A stretch of DNA of 20,000 bases, from IMG/VR virus record IMGVR_UViG_3300027963_005142. One strand, given 5' to 3'. Origin of the DNA: an uncultured virus (IMG/VR IMGVR_UViG_3300027963_005142). Its lineage: Duplodnaviria > Heunggongvirae > Uroviricota > Caudoviricetes. The notes beneath the pieces were generated by a model, which saw only the letters and a program-made list of their open reading frames with translations, was not told the origin of the DNA and searched no databases. Position numbers and translations under genes: made by a program. Below, one piece after another: positions 8,961-17,315 of this stretch (position 1 is its first letter; each line of letters opens with the position of its first letter).

Positions 8961-9773
8961 ATGACCATTAATTTTGACGCACTTAAGAAGAAACTAGATA
9001 ATCTCTCCGGTAACAACAAGAAGAGCAACGCTTCCTGGAAGCCCAAGGAAGGCGAGGAATACACGGTCCGCCTCCTCTCGTTCCCGAACAACGACGGCCA
9101 GCCCTTCAAGGAGCTCTGGTTCTACTACAACATTGGCAGCAACCCTGGTCTCCTCGCACCCTACCAGTACGGACAGCAGGATCCGATTCAGGATCTAATC
9201 CGCAAGCTGAAGGATGATGCATCCAAGGAGTCCTACGAGCTCGCCAAGAAGCTCTACCCGAAGATGCGTTGCTACGCTCCGGTCATCGTTCGCGGTGAGG
9301 AGGACAAGGGCGTCCAGCTCTGGGCGTTCGGCAAGCAGGTCTACCAGTCGCTCCTCGCGATCATGCTTGACGAGGACTACGGTGATATTACCGATCCTGA
9401 GTCCGGCCGAGATGTGAAGGTTCGTTGCTTCAAGCCCAATGGCAAGAAGTACACTGAGACTGAGGTCATGCCGCGAGGAAAGGCTTCTCCTCTCAGCCCG
9501 AACACTGGGTCCGCAAAGCAGTGGCTAGGAAATATTCCAGACGTCTCCAAGATGTTTGAGCTCAAGTCTGCAGATGAGCTCAGCAAGATCGTCAACGACT
9601 GGATCAATAGCGGAATGCCTGACGGCAGCGATGGAACTCAGAAGGGTGGAAGCGGCAGTTATAGCTCTGCACAGAGCGACAGCGAAGAGACTCCTACGCC
9701 TCGCAAGAAGCCTTCTGGAAGTGACAACTTTAGATCGATCGATGATGCTTTCGCTGATCTTATCGAAAGCTAA
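8961..9773 (+). CDS. Single-stranded DNA-binding protein, T4 gp32-like
   Basis: 'WKPKEGEEYTVRLL...PFKELWFYY...DPI...LYPKMRCYAPVIVRGEEDKGVQLWAFGKQVY...DITDPESGRD', with a low-complexity linker and acidic tail 'IDDAFADLIES'. SD-like AAGGA upstream. Confidence 0.85.
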   Translation: MTINFDALKKKLDNLSGNNKKSNASWKPKEGEEYTVRLLSFPNNDGQPFKELWFYYNIGSNPGLLAPYQYGQQDPIQDLIRKLKDDASKESYELAKKLYPKMRCYAPVIVRGEEDKGVQLWAFGKQVYQSLLAIMLDEDYGDITDPESGRDVKVRCFKPNGKKYTETEVMPRGKASPLSPNTGSAKQWLGNIPDVSKMFELKSADELSKIVNDWINSGMPDGSDGTQKGGSGSYSSAQSDSEETPTPRKKPSGSDNFRSIDDAFADLIES

Positions 9774-9790
9774 TCGATAGATTGACCAAT

Positions 9791-9824
9791 CGAGGTAAGG
9801 GTTGTAATGTTGACCCTTACCTCG
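9791..9824. repeat. Perfect 12-bp inverted repeat between ssb and recA
   Basis: CGAGGTAAGGGT (9791-9802) and ACCCTTACCTCG (9813-9824), 10-nt spacer. No U-tract follows on the + strand. Confidence 0.95.
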
Positions 9825-9830
9825 TATAGT
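9802..9830 (+). promoter_or_regulatory. Sigma70-type promoter for the recA-exonuclease-helicase operon
   Basis: TTGTAA (9802-9807), 17 bp, TATAGT (9825-9830). SD AGGAG at 9838-9842, ATG at 9847. Confidence 0.7.
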
Positions 9831-9846
9831 ATCAGACAGGAGAAAC

Positions 9847-10974
9847 ATGACAAAAGTTAGAGATGATGACTTTACATCAGAGCTGATAAAGTCCTTAAAC
9901 AAGGAGCACGGCTCCAAGATAGCCTATAACCTCACTGAAGACGCTTCACCTACTCACGTTAAGCGGTGGATCTCTACTGGCTCTGCGCTTCTTGACTACA
10001 TCGTCTCGAACAGGAAGGGCGGCGGCCTGCCAGAAGGAAGAATTGTTGAGATCTTCGGGCCGCCGTCGATTGGAAAGTCTCACATTGCTACACAGATCGC
10101 TCGGTCAACTCAGCAGATGGGAGGCATTGTTGTCTACATCGACACAGAGAATGCAACCTCAGTAGAGAACCTTCACGCACTTGGTGTTGACGTCTCTAGA
10201 CGATTTGTCTATGTTGACACTCACTGCACAGAGGAAGTCTTTGATGTAGCTGAGAAGACCATCATGAAGGCAAAAGCGATGGCGAAAGACGTCCCGATCA
10301 CAATCATCTGGGACTCTGTCGCGGCAAGCTCACCCAAGGCCGAGCTCAACGGAGAGTACGACAAAGACACTATCGGCCTTCAAGCTCGCGCAATCTCGAA
10401 GGGCATGCGCAAGATCACTGGTGTCATCGGTGATCAATCAGTTCTGATGATCTGCCTCAACCAGATTCGCACGAAGATAGGCGTTCTCCACGGTGATCCA
10501 ACCACGACACCGGGCGGCATGGCGATCCCGTTCCACTCCTCAGTGAGACTTAAGTTAGGAGCTGGTCAGCACATCCAGAATAAAGACGGAGACATCATCG
10601 GCATCAATGTCTCAGCAAAGACCGTCAAGAACAAGGTAGGACCACCGTTCAGGACTGTCAACTTCCAGATCCACTTCGGCAAGGGAATTGTTGAGCACGA
10701 GGAGATCTTTGATGTGCTTCGTGAAGCAGGCGAGAGACAGATTGGAAACAAGATGGTCTGCGTCTCAGGAACCACGGCATGGAAAGTGTTCACTGTGACA
10801 GACCTTGATAAGGGTGCAACGATCATTGAGAAGAAGTTTCACAAAGCTGAGTTCGGAGAACTTCTTCGAAATCCTGAGTACAAGACCTACCTTGACAACC
10901 TGATCGAGACAGTCATGGTCAGGACAGGGTCTGCGTCGATTACGACCGAGGAAGAAGAGGAGTCTGATGAGTGA
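9847..10974 (+). CDS. recA: RecA/UvsX recombinase
   Basis: 'ISTGS..LD...GGGLPEGRIVEIFGPPSIGKS' (Walker A), 'YIDTENA', 'IIWDSVAA', 'GLQARAISKGMRK', 'NQIRTKIG...TTPGGMAIPFHSSVRL', 'KNKVGPPFR'. Confidence 0.97.
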   Translation: MTKVRDDDFTSELIKSLNKEHGSKIAYNLTEDASPTHVKRWISTGSALLDYIVSNRKGGGLPEGRIVEIFGPPSIGKSHIATQIARSTQQMGGIVVYIDTENATSVENLHALGVDVSRRFVYVDTHCTEEVFDVAEKTIMKAKAMAKDVPITIIWDSVAASSPKAELNGEYDKDTIGLQARAISKGMRKITGVIGDQSVLMICLNQIRTKIGVLHGDPTTTPGGMAIPFHSSVRLKLGAGQHIQNKDGDIIGINVSAKTVKNKVGPPFRTVNFQIHFGKGIVEHEEIFDVLREAGERQIGNKMVCVSGTTAWKVFTVTDLDKGATIIEKKFHKAEFGELLRNPEYKTYLDNLIETVMVRTGSASITTEEEEESDE

Positions 10975-11935
10975 TCTATCCCGCAGGACTGTTCTTCTTG
11001 TTGATGGCATGGGAACATTCCTGCGGCATTTTGTCGCCAATCCAGCTGTGTCGACAAACGGTGATCACATCGGCGGGGTGATTGGAACTATGAACGAGAT
11101 CCGATCACTCTGCGACCGCTTTCGACCTCGTAGAATCTACGTTGTATGGGAGAGCGGCGGCTCACCTCGCCGTCGCGCCATCTTTCCAGATTACAAGTCT
11201 AATAGAAAGGCTGCAAAGCTTAACAGATTCTATTCAGACGACATACCGCAGACTGTTGGCGGTCGAGACAGCCAGGTGAAGATGCTTGTGTCGCTTCTCA
11301 AGCATTCACCCATAGTTCAGCTGTATGTCCCAGATTGCGAAGCTGATGATGTGATCGGCTACGTTTCCAGGTACCACCACAAGGAAGAGCTGAAGGTCAT
11401 TCTAAGCCCAGACCACGACTACTATCAGTTGATATCTGAGGGCTCGATGGTATGGTCTCCTACTTGGAAGAAGATGGTTGAAGAGTCGGGAGTCCTTGAG
11501 AAGTACGGAGTCCACCCTAACAACTTTGCACTTGCAAAATCTGTGTGCGGGGATCAGTCTGACTGCATACCGGGCGTCGAGGGTGTAGGTTTTAAGACGC
11601 TTGCAAAGAAGTTCCCAGAGCTATCACAGGCTGCGACGGTGATGGTGTCTGACTTCATGCGTCAAGCTCGATCTCTGTCTGAGTCGGGAGACAAGACAAA
11701 GTGCGTCCGAAGCATCATCGAGTCAGAAGAGATTATCCACAGAAACTGGAGTCTGGTCTACCTTGACACTGCTAACTTGTCAGGAAGTCAGATCACAAGA
11801 GTTGAGGGGATCATTGAACAAGCTAGCCCCCAGAGGCGTAAAATAGAATTCATTCGAACTATGATCTCGCTCGGGATCCAAACATTTGACGCTGACAGAT
11901 TCTTTAATTCAATGACACAAGTTGAGACAAAATGA
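10967..11935 (+). CDS. 5'-3' exonuclease / flap endonuclease (Pol I N-terminal or T4 RNase H family)
   Basis: 'LLVDG', 'RRAIFPDYKSNR', 'EADDVIG', 'ILSPDHDYYQL', 'GDQSDCIPGVEGVGFKT' (H3TH motif). Confidence 0.93.
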   Translation: MSDLSRRTVLLVDGMGTFLRHFVANPAVSTNGDHIGGVIGTMNEIRSLCDRFRPRRIYVVWESGGSPRRRAIFPDYKSNRKAAKLNRFYSDDIPQTVGGRDSQVKMLVSLLKHSPIVQLYVPDCEADDVIGYVSRYHHKEELKVILSPDHDYYQLISEGSMVWSPTWKKMVEESGVLEKYGVHPNNFALAKSVCGDQSDCIPGVEGVGFKTLAKKFPELSQAATVMVSDFMRQARSLSESGDKTKCVRSIIESEEIIHRNWSLVYLDTANLSGSQITRVEGIIEQASPQRRKIEFIRTMISLGIQTFDADRFFNSMTQVETK

Positions 11936-13311
11936 ATATTGAACCGACTCACCACTTCAAGCAGTACGGCAAGCAGTTCCAGGAGAAGATCTTCCAGGCA
12001 CTTCTGACGGATAGAAACTGGTCAACTCAGATGACTGAGATTATGGCTCCTAGCTTCTTTGATCTGAAGTACTTGGAATTTTTGACTGACAGGTACTTTA
12101 CCTACTATGCGAAGTACAAAGACTTTCCGACTCTGCCGCTTTTGATTACGATCATCAGAGACGAGCTGAAGGAAGGCAAGGACACAATTCTAAGAGATCA
12201 GATTGTTGACTTCCTGCAGCGAATCCGGGTCAACCCTGACGTTGGAGACCTATCCTACGTCAAGGACAAGTCTCTTGACTTCTGCAGGAAGCAGGCAATG
12301 AAGGAAGCTCTTGAGAAGGCAGTTGAGCTCATTGCAACTGACAATATTGACTCTGTCATGAGCTTGATGAAGAATGCACTGTCTGCAGGAACGCCTGCAT
12401 CAATTGGGCACGACTTCTTTGAAGATGCCGAAGCTCGTTTCGTCAGGACAAGAAGAGTTCCATGCCCTACTGGAATCACTGCAATTGATGCACCCGGAGT
12501 CTTGAACGGTGGCCTCGGGCGCGGCGAACTCGGCGTTGCAGTTGGAAATACAGGAACTGGAAAGTCTCACTTCTTGGTCTCTGTTGGTGCTGAGGCGCTT
12601 CGCCTCGGAAAGAATGTTGTTCATTACACCTTCGAGCTCAGCGAATCTGCAGTCGGACTCAGGTACGATTCTAACTTCTGCAAGATTCCAAGCAACGAAA
12701 TTATCGACAGAAAGAGTGAGGTCCTAGACTTCTACAAGAACGCTACACTCGGTCGCTTGATCATCAAGGAATACCCGACAGGTTCAGCTTCTGTGCAGAC
12801 TCTTCGTAACCACATCGAAAAACTTCTACTTAAGTCGTTTGTTCCAAGTGTCATCATCATCGACTATGCTGACATTATGCGGTCTTCTAGAAAGATGGAC
12901 TCGCTTCGTCACGAGTTGAAGCTTATTTATGAAGAGCTTCGTAATCTAGCGATGGAAATGAACGTCCCGATCTGGACAGCATCTCAGGCAAACAGAGATG
13001 CTTCTAACTCAGATATCGTCGGTCTTGAAAACATGTCTGAAGCCTACGGGAAAGCCATGGTTGCTGACGTAGTCCTTTCGATCTCAAGAAAGCCGATCGA
13101 GAAGTCTTCGGGAATTGGAAGAATGTTCGTTGCCAAAAACAGAGCAGGTCGTGATGGTATTCTCTTCCCCATCAGGATCGATACGTCGATGTCTGTCTTC
13201 GAAACACTCTCAGACTCTTCTGAGATGTCTCTGGATGAAGTTATCAAGTCCACTAAAACGAATGCAAAGGACTTGCTAAGACAGAAGTGGAAAGAGGTTA
13301 ACGGAAACTAA
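11932..13311 (+). CDS. Replicative SF4 DNA helicase (DnaB / T4 gp41-like)
   Basis: 'GGLGRGELGVAVGNTGTGKS' (Walker A), 'HYTFELSE', 'LIIKEYPT', 'IIIDYADIM', 'PIWTASQANR', 'VAKNRAG'. ATGA overlap with the upstream gene. Confidence 0.93.
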   Translation: MNIEPTHHFKQYGKQFQEKIFQALLTDRNWSTQMTEIMAPSFFDLKYLEFLTDRYFTYYAKYKDFPTLPLLITIIRDELKEGKDTILRDQIVDFLQRIRVNPDVGDLSYVKDKSLDFCRKQAMKEALEKAVELIATDNIDSVMSLMKNALSAGTPASIGHDFFEDAEARFVRTRRVPCPTGITAIDAPGVLNGGLGRGELGVAVGNTGTGKSHFLVSVGAEALRLGKNVVHYTFELSESAVGLRYDSNFCKIPSNEIIDRKSEVLDFYKNATLGRLIIKEYPTGSASVQTLRNHIEKLLLKSFVPSVIIIDYADIMRSSRKMDSLRHELKLIYEELRNLAMEMNVPIWTASQANRDASNSDIVGLENMSEAYGKAMVADVVLSISRKPIEKSSGIGRMFVAKNRAGRDGILFPIRIDTSMSVFETLSDSSEMSLDEVIKSTKTNAKDLLRQKWKEVNGN

Positions 13312-13335
13312 TTTCTGTGTATCAGGAGTATTACC

Positions 13336-15813
13336 ATGTCACATAGTCCCTTATTGCTCGAGTATTTTGGCGGCGACGACCTCGCCTGCGATGTCTTTAC
13401 GAAGTATGCGCTTCACAACAAGAGCGGCGAACGTCTAGAGTTCATGCCCGACGAGATGCACTTGCGACTCGCGAAGGAGTTCGCTAGGATCGAGTCAAAG
13501 TATCCAAACCCCCTGTCGCAAGACGAGATCTTCGACATGCTAGATAAGTTTCAGCAAGTCGTCCCGCAAGGATCTCCAATGTCAGGTATTGGGAACCCCT
13601 ACCAGCTACAGTCTCTGTCAAACTGCTTTGTCATCGACCAGCCTCATGACTCTTACGCAGGGATCCTCTTCTCTGACCAGGAGCAGGTGCAGATCATGAA
13701 GCGCCGCGGTGGTGTTGGATTGGATGTGTCGAACATCAGGCCAAAGGGACAACCTACCACCAATGCTGCCCGCACAACTGACGGTATCGGCGTCTTCATG
13801 GAGCGCTTCAGCAACTCCACACGTGAGGTTGCACAAGGCGGCCGCCGCGGCGCTCTGATGATTACTATCGATTGTCGTCACCCAGAGATCGAGACATTCA
13901 TCGACATCAAGCGTGACCTCAAAAAGGTGACAGGAGCGAACATCTCGATCCGCTTCACTGATGAGTTCATGCAGGCTGTAGAGGGTGAGAAGGACTTCCT
14001 GCTTCGGTGGCCCGTGGAGGCTCACCCGGAGGAAGCTGAGATCTGCAAGACAGTCAACGCGAAGCAGGTCTGGAACAAGTTCATCGATGCCGCATGGTCT
14101 TCTGCCGAGCCCGGGGCTCTCTTCTGGGACACTGTAGTTGACCAGGGAATCGTTGACCGCTACCGTGACGTCGGTTACAAGACAATCTCTACCAATCCCT
14201 GCGGTGAGATCCCCCTCAGCCCATACGACTCCTGTCGACTGATGGTTGTTAACCTTACCTCGTTTGTGATCGATCCGTTTACTGATCATGCAAGATTTGA
14301 TTTTTCAAACTTTAACTCCGTAGTCATGAAGGCTCAGCGTCTCATGGACGACCTCGTGGACCTTGAGGTCGAGTGCGTTGATAGGATTCTTGAGAAGATT
14401 CAGAACGATCCAGAGCCTGACAGCGTGAAGATGATTGAGAAGACACTCTGGACAAAGATTAGAGCGGCAGGTCTCAATGGTCGTCGCACTGGTCTCGGAG
14501 TCACAGGTCTTGGCGACTGTCTTGCAGCTCTAGGTGTTCGTTATGGAGATAAGCGCTCTATTGACGTCACCGAGGAGATCTACAAGGCCCTCGCCGTCGG
14601 AGCTCACCGTTCTTCGATCGTTCTTGCCAAGGAGCGCGGTGCCTTCCCAGTGTGGGACTACGAGAAGGAGAAGGATCACACCTACCTCAAGAAGGTGATC
14701 TCCTCTTGCAACGGTGAGTACTACGAGATGTGGAAGAACACAGGTCGTCGCAACATTGCTCTCACCACCACAGCACCCGTCGGTTCAGTCTCCTGTCTCA
14801 CGCAGACCACTTCGGGAATTGAGCCTGCCTTCCTTCTCTCGTACAAGCGCCGCCGCAAGATTACCGGTAGTGATATCTCTGCTAGAGTCGACTATGTTGA
14901 CCCAATGGGAGACAAGTGGCAGGAGTACACTGTCTACCATCACTGGTTCAAGAAGTGGATGGACGTCACCGGTAAGACCGATCCACAGGAGAGCCCGTAC
15001 TGGGGTGGTACCGCCAACGATATCGACTGGGAGAGATCAGTTGACATCCAGGCTGCAGCACAAGCCTGGGTTGACCATTCAATATCTAAGACCTGTAACC
15101 TTCCTAATTCTGCTACGAGAGAGACAGTTAACTCTGTCTACATGAAAGCCTGGAAGACAGGATGTAAGGGCTTTACAGTCTATCGAGACGGTTGTCGCAC
15201 CGGAGTTCTTGTCGCAGACACTCCTAAGCAGGAAGACAAGCCAAAGAGCGCCGGTGACTTCCATCCCAAGCGTCCAAAGGAGCTACCTTGCGACATTCAC
15301 AGAGTTAATGTGAAAGATGATACAGGTGTCACGCAGTCTTGGATGGTCCTCGTAGGCTTAAATGACGGAATGCCATACGAGGTCTTCAGTGGTCTTGCTG
15401 AGCATATTGAAGTTCCAAAGAAGACCAAAGCAGGGACCTTGATCAAGAATGGCAAGAAGGAGGGCATAGCGACCTACAATCTTAGAGTTCCCATCGGTAA
15501 CGACGATGAGATCCTCTTCAAAGACGTCGTTAACCTCTTTGCAAACCCGACGCAAGGTGCTTTCACTAGGACAATCTCTCTTGCTCTTCGCCACGGTATC
15601 CCGGTCAACTTTGTAGTTGATCAGCTCCAGAAGGATAAAGACTCAGACATGTTTGCCTTTGCACGTTGCATTGCCAGAGTTCTGAAGGGCTACATTCCCG
15701 ACGGAACAAAGTCAACAAACGAGAAGAAGTGCAAAGACTGTGGAAGCGACCAGGTGTTCTACCAGGAGGGTTGCGTTACGTGTAGTGCTTGCGGCTCTAG
15801 CAAGTGTAGCTAG
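13336..15813 (+). CDS. nrdJ: Class II (adenosylcobalamin-dependent) ribonucleotide reductase with C-terminal extra domain and Zn ribbon
   Basis: 'SLSNCF', 'QGGRRGALM', 'TGANIS', 'TNPCGEIPL', 'RRTGLGVTGLGD', 'TAPVGSVS...TTSGIEP', 'DHSISKTCN', 'KGFTVYRDGCR', and C-terminal 'CKDC...EGCVTCSACGSSKC'. No nrdB next to it. SD AGGAG at 13324-13328. Confidence 0.9.
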   Translation: MSHSPLLLEYFGGDDLACDVFTKYALHNKSGERLEFMPDEMHLRLAKEFARIESKYPNPLSQDEIFDMLDKFQQVVPQGSPMSGIGNPYQLQSLSNCFVIDQPHDSYAGILFSDQEQVQIMKRRGGVGLDVSNIRPKGQPTTNAARTTDGIGVFMERFSNSTREVAQGGRRGALMITIDCRHPEIETFIDIKRDLKKVTGANISIRFTDEFMQAVEGEKDFLLRWPVEAHPEEAEICKTVNAKQVWNKFIDAAWSSAEPGALFWDTVVDQGIVDRYRDVGYKTISTNPCGEIPLSPYDSCRLMVVNLTSFVIDPFTDHARFDFSNFNSVVMKAQRLMDDLVDLEVECVDRILEKIQNDPEPDSVKMIEKTLWTKIRAAGLNGRRTGLGVTGLGDCLAALGVRYGDKRSIDVTEEIYKALAVGAHRSSIVLAKERGAFPVWDYEKEKDHTYLKKVISSCNGEYYEMWKNTGRRNIALTTTAPVGSVSCLTQTTSGIEPAFLLSYKRRRKITGSDISARVDYVDPMGDKWQEYTVYHHWFKKWMDVTGKTDPQESPYWGGTANDIDWERSVDIQAAAQAWVDHSISKTCNLPNSATRETVNSVYMKAWKTGCKGFTVYRDGCRTGVLVADTPKQEDKPKSAGDFHPKRPKELPCDIHRVNVKDDTGVTQSWMVLVGLNDGMPYEVFSGLAEHIEVPKKTKAGTLIKNGKKEGIATYNLRVPIGNDDEILFKDVVNLFANPTQGAFTRTISLALRHGIPVNFVVDQLQKDKDSDMFAFARCIARVLKGYIPDGTKSTNEKKCKDCGSDQVFYQEGCVTCSACGSSKCS

Positions 15814-15816
15814 TTC

Positions 15817-15845
15817 TTAAAAAATTGAACTCACTTGAGTATAGT
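15817..15845 (+). promoter_or_regulatory. Sigma70-type promoter, probably leaderless, for clpP
   Basis: TTAAAA (15817-15822, weak -35), 17 bp, TATAGT (15840-15845). ATG lies 5 nt after the -10 box and there is no SD. Confidence 0.55.
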
Positions 15846-15850
15846 AATTC

Positions 15851-16453
15851 ATGAACATCATCACACGCGTTTCTCCCCTTATCAAGGAGTGCGAGCTTCG
15901 GGCCGCACCTATCATCATCCGCGTCAACAAGTTTGACGAAGATTCTGCAAAGGAGTTTGCACAGCAGATGTCGATGGCCCAGTCTTCTGGGCAGGGAATC
16001 ATCCCGATTGTTATTGATAGCTACGGTGGCCAGGTCTACTCTCTGATGACCATGATCGATGCGATCAAGGCTTCTCGAGTTCCAGTTGCTACCATTGTTG
16101 AAGGAAAGGCTATGAGCTGCGGTGCAGTTCTTCTAACCTGTGGTGCTGAGGGGATGCGATTTGCAGGACCAAATGCCACCATCATGATCCACGAGGTTTC
16201 GACTGGTAGCTTTGGAAAGGTTGAGGAGATCAAGACTGATGCAAAGGAAGTTGATCGACTCAATGACAAGATCTTGAAGATCATGGCAAAGAACATTGGA
16301 AAGGACGAAGATTACTTCCTCGAAGAGATCCACCACAAGAAGCACGCTGACTGGTTCATCGAGCCAGAGGAGGCAAAGGAGATGAACATGGTTAACCACA
16401 TCAAGGTTCCAGAGATGATGCTAACAGTGGACGTCAAGTACAAGTTTGAATAG
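15851..16453 (+). CDS. clpP: ClpP-family serine protease
   Basis: 'IDSYGGQVY', nucleophile 'GKAMSCGAVL', 'NATIMIHE' (His), 'DWFIEPEEA' (Asp). The catalytic triad appears intact. Confidence 0.9.
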   Translation: MNIITRVSPLIKECELRAAPIIIRVNKFDEDSAKEFAQQMSMAQSSGQGIIPIVIDSYGGQVYSLMTMIDAIKASRVPVATIVEGKAMSCGAVLLTCGAEGMRFAGPNATIMIHEVSTGSFGKVEEIKTDAKEVDRLNDKILKIMAKNIGKDEDYFLEEIHHKKHADWFIEPEEAKEMNMVNHIKVPEMMLTVDVKYKFE

Positions 16454-16793
16454 AAAGCTAGAGCTCCTAATAAAAGTCATGGCATGGAGAGCTTTCTCCA
16501 TGTGCTATGGATTTTGCATAGCTTTCTTCTTCACTAGAAATGCTGCAGATTCAATCGGAATAGTCCTAATAACTGGGACTACTTTGACTTTTCTGCAGTG
16601 GGGATTTGAAATAATCTGGGACAAATACTTCAGGGAGAATCTCAGACATGCCCTTTCAAGACAACAAGGTAGAATTGGTTGGATGGTATGGTTCAGACGA
16701 AGTCCACGCACTGTCAGCATGGACAAGTACGAACAGAGATCTAACAGAGGAGAAGAGAGTGAGAATTCCTCAGCTTCTCAAGATGCTGGCTGA
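16446..16793 (+). CDS. Small membrane protein, DUF2061-like
   Basis: 'LLIKVMAWRAFS...IAFFFT...IGIVLI...FEIIWD' resembles the DUF2061 K..SWR...E..W pattern, with two hydrophobic helices. TTG start overlaps the clpP end. The 3' part overlaps thyX. Confidence 0.6.
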   Translation: MNRKLELLIKVMAWRAFSMCYGFCIAFFFTRNAADSIGIVLITGTTLTFLQWGFEIIWDKYFRENLRHALSRQQGRIGWMVWFRRSPRTVSMDKYEQRSNRGEESENSSASQDAG

Positions 16794-17280
16794 GAACGGC
16801 CACGAGACTCCGTTCGAGAAGAGCTCTCTTCACTTCCTGGTTACAGTCGATACAGCTACTCACGTGCATCTTCTCAAGCATCGCATCGGAGTCTCAGTTA
16901 ACGGTGAGTCGGCTCGCTATAAAGAGCTTAAGGACGACAAGTACTACCTTCCAAAGGACTGGCCACTTGAGGATCAGGCGCACTACATTGCATTCATGGA
17001 AGATGCTATCATGCGCTACCACGATGCACTTGAGCGGCTCGTAGAGAACGGCATGAACCGCAAGCGAGCGAAAGAGTCAGCTCGATTCTATTTGCCTTAT
17101 GGCAACCAGATCACGATGGATGTGATGTTCAACTGGCGCTCTTTCAACCACTTCCTCAGCCTTCGCATGAAGCCCGATGCACAGAAGGAAGTTCGAGATC
17201 TTGCAGAGCAGATGCTAGATCTGGTTAGAAGTATTCCGCATCATCCGTTCAAGCACACGATCGAAGCTTTTGGTATTTAG
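16648..17280 (+). CDS. thyX: FAD-dependent thymidylate synthase
   Basis: 'GHETPFE', 'KHRIGVSVNGESARY' (RHR-x8-S variant), 'ESARFYLP', 'NWRSFNHFLSLR', 'AQKEVR'. Confidence 0.93.
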   Translation: MPFQDNKVELVGWYGSDEVHALSAWTSTNRDLTEEKRVRIPQLLKMLAENGHETPFEKSSLHFLVTVDTATHVHLLKHRIGVSVNGESARYKELKDDKYYLPKDWPLEDQAHYIAFMEDAIMRYHDALERLVENGMNRKRAKESARFYLPYGNQITMDVMFNWRSFNHFLSLRMKPDAQKEVRDLAEQMLDLVRSIPHHPFKHTIEAFGI

Positions 17281-17281
17281 C

Positions 17282-17310
17282 TTGTAAATTAAGACTTGTT
17301 CGATTACAAT
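17282..17310 (+). promoter_or_regulatory. Sigma70-type promoter, probably leaderless, for the glycosylase block
   Basis: TTGTAA (17282-17287), 17 bp, TACAAT (17305-17310). GTG lies 5 nt after the -10 box and there is no SD. Confidence 0.75.
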
Positions 17311-17315
17311 CTTTC

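Noticed and set aside
9791..9830. Intrinsic terminator call for the ssb-recA hairpin
   Set aside because: There is no U-tract after the stem and it overlaps a well-spaced promoter, so it is reported as an inverted repeat instead.
13618..14289. 223-aa minus-strand ORF and the other short antisense or alternate-frame ORFs
   Set aside because: They lie within well-supported + strand genes, show no recognisable motifs, and are expected as shadow ORFs from codon bias.
9847..15813. Inteins or introns in recA, helicase or nrdJ
   Set aside because: Lengths are ordinary, the motifs are contiguous, and I see no splice-junction or homing-endonuclease signatures.
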